Assembly (NCBI GenBank): GCA_913058255.1
Contig: CAJXQU010000012.1
Location: 6,869 to 70,868 of the forward strand
Source of the DNA: an uncultured Pseudomonadota bacterium
Lineage (GTDB): Bacteria; Pseudomonadota; Gammaproteobacteria; CAJXQU01
Length of the DNA stretch: 64,000 bases
Direction: 5' to 3'
In this document: positions 21,181-31,586 of the stretch, piece by piece
How the letters are laid out: the number at the start of each line of letters is the position of its first letter
How positions within the stretch are numbered: the stretch's first letter is position 1
Made by a program: the position numbers and the translations under genes
Notes under the pieces: generated by a model
Told to the model about the DNA's origin: nothing
Database searches by the model: none
Seen by the model: only the letters and a program-made list of their open reading frames with translations

Positions 21181-21332
21181 AGTCGCGGAGGGCGAGCTTG
21201 TCGGTAGTTGATTTGTATACTCACTTACCTTTAACTGAAAATCTTACTGATTTTCGGTTTACCTTGTATATCCTCCGCCTTACCAACATTTAACGGTCTA
21301 TTTTCGGGTTGGAAAATAGCTGAGAGGATATA

Positions 21333-23171
21333 ATGAAATTTACCCAATGTACTTCACTTAGCCTGTTAGGCTCAAGCTTATTGCTAGCGTTGCCTTCGGC
21401 AGCAGAATCACCACGAGATCTTAACGATATCGTTGTTACCGGCACTCGAACAGCAACTGATCGCAATCATATTCCAGATACGGTAAAAATCTTTACACGT
21501 GAAGATATCGAAAGATTACAACCGCATGATCTCACCGATCTACTCAAAGGTCATTCAGGTTTCAACATCAGTAACAATGGCGGAAAAGGTAAAGCAACTT
21601 CATTTTTCGTTCGTGGAACGAATTCTGATCATGTCTTGGTCTTAATCGATGGTGTTAAGGTCGGCTCAGCCACAATAGGTTCCGCTAGCTTCCAACACTA
21701 TCCAGTCGATCAAGTTGAGCGAATAGAAATCGTTAAAGGCCCTCATTCAAGCCTCTATGGATCCGAGGCAATTGGTGGCGTCATTCAGATCTTCACTCGC
21801 CAAGGTACGTCAGCCTCACCAAAGCATACTGTTAGTCTCGGCTATGGTAATGATCAGACCTACAAACTTGATACATCAATTAGTGGGCGTGATGATAAAA
21901 CCTCTTATAACCTTGGTGTGTCTCACTTTAACACTGGAGGTTTTGATTCGAGACAACCCACTTTAGGTCTATTTGGTGTCAATAAACCCGATGATGATGG
22001 CTATTTACAAACGGCACTCAGTGCAAAAATAACGCATCAATTTACGGATAAATTTTCTGCTAATACTTTTTTCTTACGCTCCCAAGGAACCACTGAGTTC
22101 GATGCATCAGACGACTTTGAAAGTGATATTCTAGAGCAGGTTTTTGGAGGTTCCCTCCAATATGCACCCTTCGATTTTTGGACAACCAAGTTAAGCTTAG
22201 GCATCAGTCTCGATCAAAATGAAACATTTACCCTTTCAGGTGTTGCAGCAAGCGAATTCAATACCAAACGGTTTGATCATAGCTGGAGCAATATTTTCAC
22301 GATCAATCCAAACCATCTACTAACATTAGGTTTTGATTACCAAAATGATAAAATTTCTGGCACCACCACTTACGATGAAAGCTCACGTAATAACAAGGGG
22401 ATCTTTGCTCAATATCAAGGCTCGTTCGGTTATCTTGATGTCGTCACATCGTTGCGTAATGATGACAATGAAGCCTTTGGTGACAAACAAACGGGCAGTG
22501 CTGGCTTTAGCCTAGGACGTTTTAGTGGGATCCGTGTCACGGGTTCATATGGGACAGCTTTTAAAGGACCTTCGTTTAATGAACTCTACTTCCCTAACTT
22601 CGGAAATGTTAATTTAAACCCTGAATCTTCACGTTCGTATGAACTGGGGATTGATGGTGAGCATGGGGTTGGTTACTGGAGTATTAGCGCCTACAAAACC
22701 AAAATAAACGATCTGATTGACTTCACATTTAATCCCGTGACGTTTGAATTCAAACCACTCAACATCAACAAAGCCGTTATCAAGGGTTTAGAAGTTGAAG
22801 CCGGTACTGAGATCGCTGGTTGGGACCTTGCTGCATCTTTATCTGTTATGAGTCCAAAAGATAGTACAACCGATAAACAGTTACGCAGACGTTCACGTCG
22901 TTCTGCGCGTTTGGATATTTCACGGGATTTCGGACAGTTTAACTTGGGCGGCAGTATTATCGCCTATGATCACAACTTTGATGATGCCGCAAACGCAATA
23001 CGTGTTGCTGGTTATAGCACGGTTGATTTGCGTGGCAGTTATACGATTGATAAACGTTGGTCGATTCACGGCCACATTAACAATTTGTTAGACAAGAACT
23101 ATCAATCAATTTATACCTATAACCAAGATGATATTAACGCCATGCTGACAGTTCGTTATCAGTCGCGCTAA
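21333..23171 (+). CDS. btuB: TonB-dependent vitamin B12 outer-membrane receptor
   Basis: 612 aa. Signal peptide, TonB box DIVVTGTR, plug-domain motifs, and a C-terminal beta-barrel ending in aromatic residues. Sits downstream of a cobalamin riboswitch. Confidence 0.85.
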   Translation: MKFTQCTSLSLLGSSLLLALPSAAESPRDLNDIVVTGTRTATDRNHIPDTVKIFTREDIERLQPHDLTDLLKGHSGFNISNNGGKGKATSFFVRGTNSDHVLVLIDGVKVGSATIGSASFQHYPVDQVERIEIVKGPHSSLYGSEAIGGVIQIFTRQGTSASPKHTVSLGYGNDQTYKLDTSISGRDDKTSYNLGVSHFNTGGFDSRQPTLGLFGVNKPDDDGYLQTALSAKITHQFTDKFSANTFFLRSQGTTEFDASDDFESDILEQVFGGSLQYAPFDFWTTKLSLGISLDQNETFTLSGVAASEFNTKRFDHSWSNIFTINPNHLLTLGFDYQNDKISGTTTYDESSRNNKGIFAQYQGSFGYLDVVTSLRNDDNEAFGDKQTGSAGFSLGRFSGIRVTGSYGTAFKGPSFNELYFPNFGNVNLNPESSRSYELGIDGEHGVGYWSISAYKTKINDLIDFTFNPVTFEFKPLNINKAVIKGLEVEAGTEIAGWDLAASLSVMSPKDSTTDKQLRRRSRRSARLDISRDFGQFNLGGSIIAYDHNFDDAANAIRVAGYSTVDLRGSYTIDKRWSIHGHINNLLDKNYQSIYTYNQDDINAMLTVRYQSR

Positions 23172-23182
23172 CCTTTAGAGAT

Positions 23183-23215
23183 AACTCTCCGTATACGCAA
23201 TGTATACGGAGAGTT
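23183..23215. terminator. Perfect 14-bp-stem hairpin between convergent btuB and the SDH-like gene (probable bidirectional terminator)
   Basis: aactctccgtatac-gcaat-gtatacggagagtt. No strong U-tract on either side. Confidence 0.45.
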
Positions 23216-23254
23216 AACTAACAAAACAATAAGAATTTCAGATCAACACGACGA

Positions 23255-24358
23255 CTAGTATTCTTGCCATGAAATATCCAGTTCAGCTAGTGCCGATAAA
23301 TATTCATCCCGACTAATAAAATCGACACAAGGAAATGCACCCGTCTTATCACACTCTCCGCTTATAATTTTTTTAGTTAGCAAAATAGCCGGCATACAAG
23401 GTATATAGGGGCCATCACCAGATTCCGCGGTCAATTCAAATGTTAACTCCCTTTGATCACCATCATTTGCAGTGCCTGACAGTTGCATGTGAAAAGCACT
23501 TTTAGACGATCCTAACCTATCAAACCAAAACGAGATTCGTAATAGTAATGGTGCAAATTTTTCTAAGTTTTTAATAAACTTCCAACGCACTAACCAAGAT
23601 AATCCCCAAAGCGTAACGTGTATAAAAGGAAGCTCTAAACCCGCATAAAACCGAATAGATTTTATAGTTGGATATCGTTTGGGAAACAAGGCTAAATCAG
23701 GAACATCACAATTGCCCAAGAGTCTATATCCTAGTTTTTTATATTGACGTATTTTTAAACCTTGCCAGCCATAGACATCAACATTATGACTATCAACAAG
23801 CGTCTTAAAAGGCTTGCCTGTATAACCTAAAATAGCCGCCGTTGTAGCTAAGCCCCGTGCAGTTTTCTGTGCCGTAGTAATACCATAATCGATAGTATCG
23901 ATTGATTGGAATTGCTCAGAATAATAATCAATTAGTGCCGCGGTAAGACAAGGCACAGAGCTGGCACCACTGATAATAAGAACATTATTATTAACTGCAG
24001 CTTGATCAAGCGAAATTATATTGTCAACAAAATCTCTGCCATCGGCAAGATCCATATAGTTTGCCCCAACCGCAATACAGGCCTCGGCAACTTCATAACT
24101 TTGTGCTTGAAAAGGGCCTGACGTATGGATAACAATATCTGGATTGATTTTTTTTAGATTTCCTAAAATATCTTTTATTATATCCAGTACAAAAATTTCA
24201 GGTGTATTTATATAATCCAAATCAGCGATCAATAAATCCGCTTTAACTTTTGAACGGCCAGAAATGATCAGTTGAATATTTTTTTCTTTAGCTAGAGAAC
24301 GTGAAATAAATGAACCGAAATTACCGTAACCACCAATAATTAAAACGCGCTTATTCAT
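23255..24358 (-). CDS. Saccharopine dehydrogenase-like NAD(P)-binding oxidoreductase
   Basis: The N-terminal VLIIGGYGNFGSFISRSL Rossmann motif fits the saccharopine dehydrogenase N-terminal domain family. Confidence 0.7.
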   Translation of the reverse strand: MNKRVLIIGGYGNFGSFISRSLAKEKNIQLIISGRSKVKADLLIADLDYINTPEIFVLDIIKDILGNLKKINPDIVIHTSGPFQAQSYEVAEACIAVGANYMDLADGRDFVDNIISLDQAAVNNNVLIISGASSVPCLTAALIDYYSEQFQSIDTIDYGITTAQKTARGLATTAAILGYTGKPFKTLVDSHNVDVYGWQGLKIRQYKKLGYRLLGNCDVPDLALFPKRYPTIKSIRFYAGLELPFIHVTLWGLSWLVRWKFIKNLEKFAPLLLRISFWFDRLGSSKSAFHMQLSGTANDGDQRELTFELTAESGDGPYIPCMPAILLTKKIISGECDKTGAFPCVDFISRDEYLSALAELDISWQEY

Positions 24359-24360
24359 CG

Positions 24361-24984
24361 TTATTCCTTGACTTTAAACTGTCCCTTGTACTCATATATT
24401 TTCCCCCACCAAGGGTGAGTAATGTCGACGTGCATAGAAAAACTTTCATCATCAATAGCTGTTTCTACGGCATTGCCTCTACCCAACAAAAAGGTAATAG
24501 GTAAAGGCAGAAAGTGACTCAGTAAGTTAAAAGCATAGCCTTTATGCTTTAACTTCACTGAATTATCTTCCCAGATATAATTCATTTTCCAAACAATACC
24601 GAAGCGCATGACTTCAAAGACTTCGCTGTCTTTAATTTGGATCATTTTTGAGCTGAAACTATAAGGTTTCCTATCTTTGAAATAAAACGTTCGATCAAAA
24701 GAAAATTCTTTATTGTTTTTATTGCTTTTAAAGGCAACCTTTACTGAAACATTTTTTTCATTTTGTGGTGGAAGACCACCCAGTAACCAAAAGACGGGAG
24801 CAAATAACTTGATCGGCCCAGCACACATAATGTCCAGTGTACCTTCGACAATAGTTACATCTTCAGTATAAGCTCTATTTGCGTAATGCTTATGCATAAC
24901 GGCTGGCATATCATCCCAGCTGTGAGAAAATATATTTTTAAAAATTGGTTTGCTTGCTAAATCTGACTGCTCGGTTTTACTCAT
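24361..24984 (-). CDS. DUF4166-like protein (domain commonly associated with saccharopine dehydrogenase-like proteins)
   Basis: Start placed at MSKTEQ, giving an ATGA overlap with the upstream gene's stop. The longer track ORF running to 25056 would overlap by 76 nt. The DUF4166 assignment is from memory of its co-occurrence with SDH-like genes. Confidence 0.5.
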   Translation of the reverse strand: MSKTEQSDLASKPIFKNIFSHSWDDMPAVMHKHYANRAYTEDVTIVEGTLDIMCAGPIKLFAPVFWLLGGLPPQNEKNVSVKVAFKSNKNNKEFSFDRTFYFKDRKPYSFSSKMIQIKDSEVFEVMRFGIVWKMNYIWEDNSVKLKHKGYAFNLLSHFLPLPITFLLGRGNAVETAIDDESFSMHVDITHPWWGKIYEYKGQFKVKE

Positions 24985-25448
24985 ACGGGTTTTACCACCA
25001 TCAAAAATAAAATAACGACTAAACCTATAAATGCAGGCCAACCCAAAAGAAACCAAATTCTAAAAAGCTTATGATATCGATCGGGAAGTTCTCCCTTATT
25101 TTGAATACTTTGCTGTAACATTTTTTTCAACTGAATTTGAATCCAAACAACAGGTAACCAACATAGACCAATCACAAAGTAGATCACATATGTTGTCGTT
25201 AACCATAAGCTCGTTCCATCGAAACCACTTTTCCACACCAACCATGCTCCACTAATAGGTTGAATCAATGCGGCAGGAAAAGTAAATAGGTAGTCAGCAA
25301 GTACAGTGTTTCGGACAGCATAAAATTTTTCATTCATGTCATTCGTAAAGTAGGAACGGAACATAAAAAAAGCTATTCCAATGCCTGTTCCAAACAAAAT
25401 CGTTGCGCCAAAAATATGTAACGTTTTTATAATTAAATATGTGTTCAT
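24981..25448 (-). CDS. DUF2269-like small integral membrane protein (4 TM)
   Basis: 155 aa, four hydrophobic helices. First gene of a three-gene same-strand cluster. Confidence 0.5.
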   Translation of the reverse strand: MNTYLIIKTLHIFGATILFGTGIGIAFFMFRSYFTNDMNEKFYAVRNTVLADYLFTFPAALIQPISGAWLVWKSGFDGTSLWLTTTYVIYFVIGLCWLPVVWIQIQLKKMLQQSIQNKGELPDRYHKLFRIWFLLGWPAFIGLVVILFLMVVKPV

Positions 25449-25664
25449 ATTGTGATTAATAGGCGAATGTTCTAAGCCAACAAACTAGGTCATAAATTAG
25501 GGTTCATAAAAATGTGAATGAATTTATTCAATATCAACACCTATATTGCGGTGAAATCATGAGCCGTCTTAAATCTATAGCCATAATAAACAACGGTTAT
25601 TCCAACACTATATTTTTAGCTTCTTTGCAGATACTAACTAAAAACAAACGAAGTCTCCACACAT

Positions 25665-25700
25665 AAAAAAGCCCGACAACTTTCCAGCTATCGGGCTTTC
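25665..25700 (-). terminator. Rho-independent terminator of aceA
   Basis: Minus-strand reading gaaagcccgatagctggaaagttgtcgggcttttttatgt: a 9-bp GC-containing stem followed by T6. Confidence 0.7.
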
Positions 25701-25750
25701 TATCTATTCACTAAACGAAACCGCTTAGTGAGGTATAGCTACAACCTTAT

Positions 25751-27346
25751 TTAGAACTGATTCATAGTGTTGTCTTTACCAGAAGCTTTCAATGCAGCTT
25801 CGCCAGCAAAGTATTCTTTATGATCATCGCCCATGTCAGAACCAGCCATGTTTTGATGCTTAACACATGCGATCCCTTCACGGATTTCTTTACGCTGTAC
25901 GCCAGCAACATAACCAAGCATACCTTGATCACCAAAGTATTCTTTAGCAAGGTTATCAGTCGACAACGCAGCCGTATGGTAGGTAGGTAGCGTGATAAGG
26001 TGATGGAAAATACCCGCTTCACGAGCAGCATCAGCTTGGAAAGTACGGATTTTCTCATCCGCTTTAACAGCTAGATCAGTTGTATCGTATTTGATATCCA
26101 TTAAGCCGGCGCGATCGTATGCAGATACGTCTTCACCCGCTTCAGTCATGGCATCAAATATTTGCTGACGGAAGTTCAACGTCCAGTTGAATGATGGGCT
26201 ATTGTTGTAAACAAGCTTAGCATTCGGAACAACTTCACGAACGGCATCAACCATTCCGCCGATTTGAGCAACATGTGGTTTCTCAGTTTCGATCCAGATG
26301 AGGTCAGCACCATTTTGTAATGAAGTGATGCAATCAAGTACACAACGCGCTTCACCCGTTCCAGCTTTGAATTGGAACAAGTTACTGGGTAAACGTTTTG
26401 GACGAACTAACTTACCATTTTGACGAAGAACAACATCACCATTTTCGAGTGAACCTGCTTCAACTTCATCACAGTCAAGGAATGAGTTGTATTGATCGCC
26501 TAGATCACCAGGCTCTTTAGTTACAGCGATTTGCTTAGTCAAGCCAGCGCCTAAAGAGTCAGTACGTGCAACAATAACACCGTTGTCTACGCCCAATTCT
26601 AAGAATGCATAACGAACAGCACGGATTTTCGCAAGGAAATCTTCGTGAGGTACCGTTACTTTACCGTCTTGGTGACCACATTGTTTCTCATCAGAAACTT
26701 GGTTTTCGATTTGGATACAGCAAGCGCCTGCTTCGATCATCTGCTTAGCCATTAGGTAAGTTGCTTCAGCGTTACCGAAACCTGCATCGATATCAGCGAT
26801 GATAGGTACAACATGTGTTACATGATTATCGATAGCATCTTGAACGCTAGCTTCTTTCGCTGAATCACCGGCTTCACGAGCAGCATCCAATTCGCGAAAA
26901 AGACCACCCAGTTCACGAGCATCAGCTTGACGCAAGAATGTGTATAGTTCTTCGATCAGACCAGCAACAGATGTTTTTTCATGCATTGATTGATCAGGAA
27001 GTGGGCCAAATTCCGAACGTAGAGCAGCAACCATCCAACCTGAAAGGTAAAGGTAGCGACGATCGGTCTTACCTTCAAAATGTTTCTTGATAGAAATCAT
27101 TTTTTGTTGGCCGATAAAACCATGCCAGCAACCTAAAGATTGAGTGTATTTTGAGCTATCTGCATCGTAGTTTTCCATATCTGCACGCATGATGTCGGCT
27201 GTATATTTAGCGATATCGATACCGTGCTGAAATTTGTTCTGTGCACGCATACGTGCAACAGCTTCTGACTCAATAGCATCCCATGATGAGCCATTAGCTT
27301 CTTTCAAAGCTGATGCAGCTTTAATATCTTCTTGATACTGTGACAT
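25751..27346 (-). CDS. aceA: Isocitrate lyase (long roughly 530-aa form)
   Basis: Isocitrate-lyase signature KQCGHQDGK. Length and sequence resemble the Pseudomonas/Colwellia-type isocitrate lyase. Confidence 0.85.
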   Translation of the reverse strand: MSQYQEDIKAASALKEANGSSWDAIESEAVARMRAQNKFQHGIDIAKYTADIMRADMENYDADSSKYTQSLGCWHGFIGQQKMISIKKHFEGKTDRRYLYLSGWMVAALRSEFGPLPDQSMHEKTSVAGLIEELYTFLRQADARELGGLFRELDAAREAGDSAKEASVQDAIDNHVTHVVPIIADIDAGFGNAEATYLMAKQMIEAGACCIQIENQVSDEKQCGHQDGKVTVPHEDFLAKIRAVRYAFLELGVDNGVIVARTDSLGAGLTKQIAVTKEPGDLGDQYNSFLDCDEVEAGSLENGDVVLRQNGKLVRPKRLPSNLFQFKAGTGEARCVLDCITSLQNGADLIWIETEKPHVAQIGGMVDAVREVVPNAKLVYNNSPSFNWTLNFRQQIFDAMTEAGEDVSAYDRAGLMDIKYDTTDLAVKADEKIRTFQADAAREAGIFHHLITLPTYHTAALSTDNLAKEYFGDQGMLGYVAGVQRKEIREGIACVKHQNMAGSDMGDDHKEYFAGEAALKASGKDNTMNQF

Positions 27347-27636
27347 TAATATTGCCTCTCTAAAGTTAAAATTAAAAAATATTCAGTCACCGTAATAGTC
27401 GATCAACTACGGCCATAACGTCTATTTGTAATGAAAAAGGCTCATGATGATTGTTACGCTCAAAAATCTAAGTAGAGTGTCGGCAAAATAACTGAAGGCC
27501 TTTAACTATGTATAATTTGTAACAAGTCCATTTTCGCTGTAAGTGATATTTGGGCTTGATTTTAGACGGTTTTTATCATTTAACAAGACAATCTATCTTA
27601 TCTTTAGTATAATTTTTTTAAATAGTAACTACTTTT

Positions 27637-28563
27637 ATGAAGAATCTTACTGATAAACACTTTTACAAACAAAATCGACTGAAGCAGTTACGTGCATTTT
27701 GTGTGGCAGCAGAAACGGGGAGCTTCTCTAAAGCCGCTGACTTGCTCGACCTCACTCAGCCGTCAATCTCTTTGCAGATCCAATCACTTGAAAAAGATCT
27801 GAATATCACACTATTTCACAGAAATGGTCCAAAAATTGTCCTCACCGAGATAGGAAAAGAACTACTGCCCATCGCTAAACCTTTAGTCGATCAGATAGAT
27901 ACCCTTCCCTCTTTGTTCGGCGAGCATTTAAAAAAGGATGAGGAAACCGAACTTAACATTGCCGCAGGAGAATCAACTATCCTCTATATCCTTCCTGAAG
28001 TGATAGAAAAGTTCAAAAAAGCTCACCCTAATGTCACCATCAAACTACATAATCAAACAGGTATGAACAGCCTGAATTTATTACGAGAAAACAATGCTGA
28101 GTTTGCTGTTGGAACGATTCGCGATATTCCAGGTGACATCCAATACCGTGGGATCTATAACTTTGCACCTGTGTTAATCCTACCGTATGGACACCCGCTT
28201 GCGGCTGAGAAAAATATCACTTTGAATCAAATAGGCAAGTACGAACTAATCATTCCCCCGCCACATTTTAGTACCTGGACAATCGTAGAAAGTGTATTCG
28301 ATGAACACAAAATCCCCTATAAGGTTTCACTAGAAGCTGGCAGCTGGGAAGTTATCAAAAAATATGTAGAGCTCGGCCTTGGAGTCTCTATTGTTACTAG
28401 CGCGTGTCTTACGGGTAATGAAAAACTGACTTCTCACCCATTACCAGGCTTTTTTCTCAACAGAAACTATGGCGTTCTGCTACTAAAGGGTCAATCTCTC
28501 TCATCACATGCACGGCATTTTATTAAGCTTATGGACCCCAACTTCTTTAATACCGTACAGTGA
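27637..28563 (+). CDS. LysR-family transcriptional regulator (divergent from aceA)
   Basis: N-terminal HTH (LRAFCVAAETGSFSKAADLLDLTQPSISLQIQSLE) plus a LysR substrate-binding domain. Confidence 0.85.
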   Translation: MKNLTDKHFYKQNRLKQLRAFCVAAETGSFSKAADLLDLTQPSISLQIQSLEKDLNITLFHRNGPKIVLTEIGKELLPIAKPLVDQIDTLPSLFGEHLKKDEETELNIAAGESTILYILPEVIEKFKKAHPNVTIKLHNQTGMNSLNLLRENNAEFAVGTIRDIPGDIQYRGIYNFAPVLILPYGHPLAAEKNITLNQIGKYELIIPPPHFSTWTIVESVFDEHKIPYKVSLEAGSWEVIKKYVELGLGVSIVTSACLTGNEKLTSHPLPGFFLNRNYGVLLLKGQSLSSHARHFIKLMDPNFFNTVQ

Positions 28564-28722
28564 ACTCAGAGTCTCTATGCGAAGTACGTGCAGCCGATAA
28601 AACAACGGAAAGCTAACCCTTGCTTGCTAAAGTCACATCTAACTCCACCAGTGACGAATTTATCAGTTATAATCTTTATTTGCTCATTAATATATAATAA
28701 ATACACATAATATAGATCGCAG

Positions 28723-29043
28723 ATGACCGGTAATATAGAACAAGATGTAAATAGTGAAATTGAGCTACAGGAGGCCAAACCTGAACTCAAAGAGCCTGAT
28801 TTATATAAAGTGTTACTCATGAATGATGACTACACACCCATGGATTTTGTCGTCGAGGTGCTTGAGGGTTTCTTCTCAAAAAACCGTCAAGCCGCCACTC
28901 AGATAATGGTAGAGGTTCACACTTCTGGAAAAGGAGTCTGTGGCACCTATACCCACGAAATCGCCGAAACAAAAGTTGACCAAGTTAATCAATATTCACG
29001 CGAACATCAGCATCCATTATTGTGTACACTGGAAAAAGCTTGA
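28723..29043 (+). CDS. clpS: ATP-dependent Clp protease adaptor ClpS
   Basis: [16 protein letters not shown]...[10 protein letters not shown] is near-identical in pattern to E. coli ClpS. Confidence 0.9.
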   Translation: MTGNIEQDVNSEIELQEAKPELKEPDLYKVLLMNDDYTPMDFVVEVLEGFFSKNRQAATQIMVEVHTSGKGVCGTYTHEIAETKVDQVNQYSREHQHPLLCTLEKA

Positions 29044-29150
29044 ATCCTGTCACAGTTACAGAGATGATAACAGGTAAAGGAAACTACCGTTTTGGCCGTT
29101 ATTTCCAAGGATAAGGAAATTTCGAGCTAGCCTACATATGGAGTCGTATT

Positions 29151-31424
29151 GTGCTAAATAAAGAATTAGAAGCTACACTTAACCTCGCTTTCAAGGAAGC
29201 GCGCGCGAAGCGTCATGAGTTTATGACGGTTGAACACCTATTGCTCGCCCTACTTGATAACCCATCATCGTCCCGAGTTTTACGTTCTTGCGGTGCAAAA
29301 ATTGATGAGTTAAGAAATAGCCTAGAAGATCTGGTCAAAGAAAATGCAATTTTACTACCTGAAGGGGATGATCGTGAGACTCAACCTACCTTAGGCTTTC
29401 AACGTGTATTACAACGTGCAGTCTTCCATGTTCAATCATCTGGCAAAAAAGAAGTTTCAGGGGCAAATGTACTGATCGCAATTTTTGGCGAACGTGAATC
29501 TCGTGCAGTCTTTCTGTTAAACAAACAAAATATTACTCGCTTGGATGTTGTCAATTACATCTCACATGGCGTAACTAAAAATCCTAAAGATGACACTGAA
29601 GACACTGTTGCTCCAGAACCATTGCTTGAGCAAACTGCAGCGCCAGAACAAAATGATAATCCGCTACACAACTACACTACGGATTTAAATGAACAAGCTC
29701 GGGCAGGAAAGATCGATCCGCTTATTGGCCGTGATCACGAAGTAGAGCGTACAATTCAAATACTCTGTCGTCGTCGTAAGAATAACCCTCTTCTTGTTGG
29801 TGAAGCAGGTGTTGGTAAAACAGCCATTGCTGAAGGTTTAGCAAAAAGAATCGTCGATGGTGAAGTACCTGAAATTCTAAATGACTGCATTATTTATTCA
29901 CTAGACCTCGGTGCATTACTCGCAGGAACCAAATATCGCGGTGATTTCGAAAAGCGCTTGAAAAGCGTTCTCGCACAATTGAAAAAGACAGAAGGCTCCG
30001 TCTTATTTATTGATGAGATCCACACCATTATTGGTGCTGGTGCTGCCTCTGGTGGTGTAATGGATGCATCAAACCTAATCAAACCTATGCTCGCATCGGG
30101 TGAAATGAAATGTCTTGGTTCTACTACTTATCAAGAGTATCGAGGCATATTTGAAAAAGATCGCGCATTGGCTCGTCGTTTTCAAAAAATTGATGTTTCT
30201 GAACCTTCTGTCGATGAAACCTATGAAATTCTAAAAGGCCTAAGATCGCGGTTTGAACAACATCATAATGTTAAATATACCAACCAAGCACTCAAAGCCT
30301 CTGCAGAATTAACAGAGCGTTATATTAATGATCGTCATTTGCCTGATAAGGCTATCGACATCATTGATGAAACCGGTGCTAGTCAACGTCTTCTCCCTGA
30401 AGCCGATCGAAAAGCAGTGATTGATGTTATCGATATCGAAGAAATGATTGCAAAAATTGCTCGCATTCCTTCGAAAACCGTATCTTCTTCCGATAAAGAT
30501 ACCTTGAAAAATCTTGAACGAGATTTGAAAATGGTCGTGTTTGGTCAAGGTGAAGCCGTTACAACCGTTTCTTCTGCTATTAAGATGTCACGCTCCGGCT
30601 TGGGTCGTGATGAGAAACCGATTGGTTCGTTCTTATTCGCTGGGCCTACCGGTGTTGGTAAAACAGAAGTCACGAAACAACTTGCCCAAATTATGGGTGT
30701 AGAACTACTACGTTTCGATATGTCGGAATATATGGAACGGCATACGGTGTCAAGATTAATCGGTGCACCTCCAGGCTATGTTGGATTTGATCAAGGTGGC
30801 TTGCTAACCGAAGCGATTAACAAGCAACCTCATGCTGTCTTGTTATTAGATGAGATAGAAAAAGCACATCCGGACGTATTTAACTTGTTACTGCAAGTCA
30901 TGGATCACGGTAAATTAACGGATACTAATGGCCGAGAAACTGATTTCAGAAATGTCATCATCATTATGACAACAAATGCTGGTGCAGATAAACTAAGTCG
31001 TACAACCATTGGCTTCACTAATAACGTTGAGTCCAGTGATGCAATGGAAGATATTAAACGTATCTTTACTCCTGAGTTCAGAAACCGTCTTGACTCGATA
31101 GTCCACTTCGCACCACTTGATACATCAACTATTATTCATGTTGTTGATAAGTTCTTAGTCGATCTTGAAACTCAACTTGATAGTAAGAACGTTACATTAG
31201 ATGTTGATACTGTTGCTCGAGAGTGGCTTGCTGTTCATGGACATGACCAACTTATGGGTGCTCGACCAATGGCTCGACTTATTCAAGATAAGATTAGGCG
31301 TCCGCTAGCAGAAGAACTACTCTTCGGTAAACTAGAAAATGGTGGTGCCGTTCATGTCACTGCAAAAGATGATGAATTAGTGATTACTATCGATGTGAAA
31401 GAAGAAGCTCAAGAAGTAAGTTAG
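29151..31424 (+). CDS. clpA: ATP-dependent Clp protease ATP-binding subunit ClpA (GTG start)
   Basis: N-terminal (V)[34 protein letters not shown], two AAA+ modules ([16 protein letters not shown]), 757 aa. Confidence 0.9.
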   Translation: MLNKELEATLNLAFKEARAKRHEFMTVEHLLLALLDNPSSSRVLRSCGAKIDELRNSLEDLVKENAILLPEGDDRETQPTLGFQRVLQRAVFHVQSSGKKEVSGANVLIAIFGERESRAVFLLNKQNITRLDVVNYISHGVTKNPKDDTEDTVAPEPLLEQTAAPEQNDNPLHNYTTDLNEQARAGKIDPLIGRDHEVERTIQILCRRRKNNPLLVGEAGVGKTAIAEGLAKRIVDGEVPEILNDCIIYSLDLGALLAGTKYRGDFEKRLKSVLAQLKKTEGSVLFIDEIHTIIGAGAASGGVMDASNLIKPMLASGEMKCLGSTTYQEYRGIFEKDRALARRFQKIDVSEPSVDETYEILKGLRSRFEQHHNVKYTNQALKASAELTERYINDRHLPDKAIDIIDETGASQRLLPEADRKAVIDVIDIEEMIAKIARIPSKTVSSSDKDTLKNLERDLKMVVFGQGEAVTTVSSAIKMSRSGLGRDEKPIGSFLFAGPTGVGKTEVTKQLAQIMGVELLRFDMSEYMERHTVSRLIGAPPGYVGFDQGGLLTEAINKQPHAVLLLDEIEKAHPDVFNLLLQVMDHGKLTDTNGRETDFRNVIIIMTTNAGADKLSRTTIGFTNNVESSDAMEDIKRIFTPEFRNRLDSIVHFAPLDTSTIIHVVDKFLVDLETQLDSKNVTLDVDTVAREWLAVHGHDQLMGARPMARLIQDKIRRPLAEELLFGKLENGGAVHVTAKDDELVITIDVKEEAQEVS

Positions 31425-31448
31425 TCAGAAAGACCTAAAATGACAACC

Positions 31449-31486
31449 GAAACGCCTCATCATCTTACTGAGGCGTTTCGATTTTA
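31449..31486 (+). terminator. Rho-independent terminator after clpA (possibly bidirectional with argA)
   Basis: aaacgcctca-tcatcttac-tgaggcgttt followed by tcgatttt. Confidence 0.6.
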
Positions 31487-31586
31487 ACTGCTCAAAATAT
31501 TAAGCGAATCTTGTTGACATTAAAACCCCAAATATCTTGGTAATTATTTGATTTTATTATAAATATATACGAGATAGCTTGATTGC

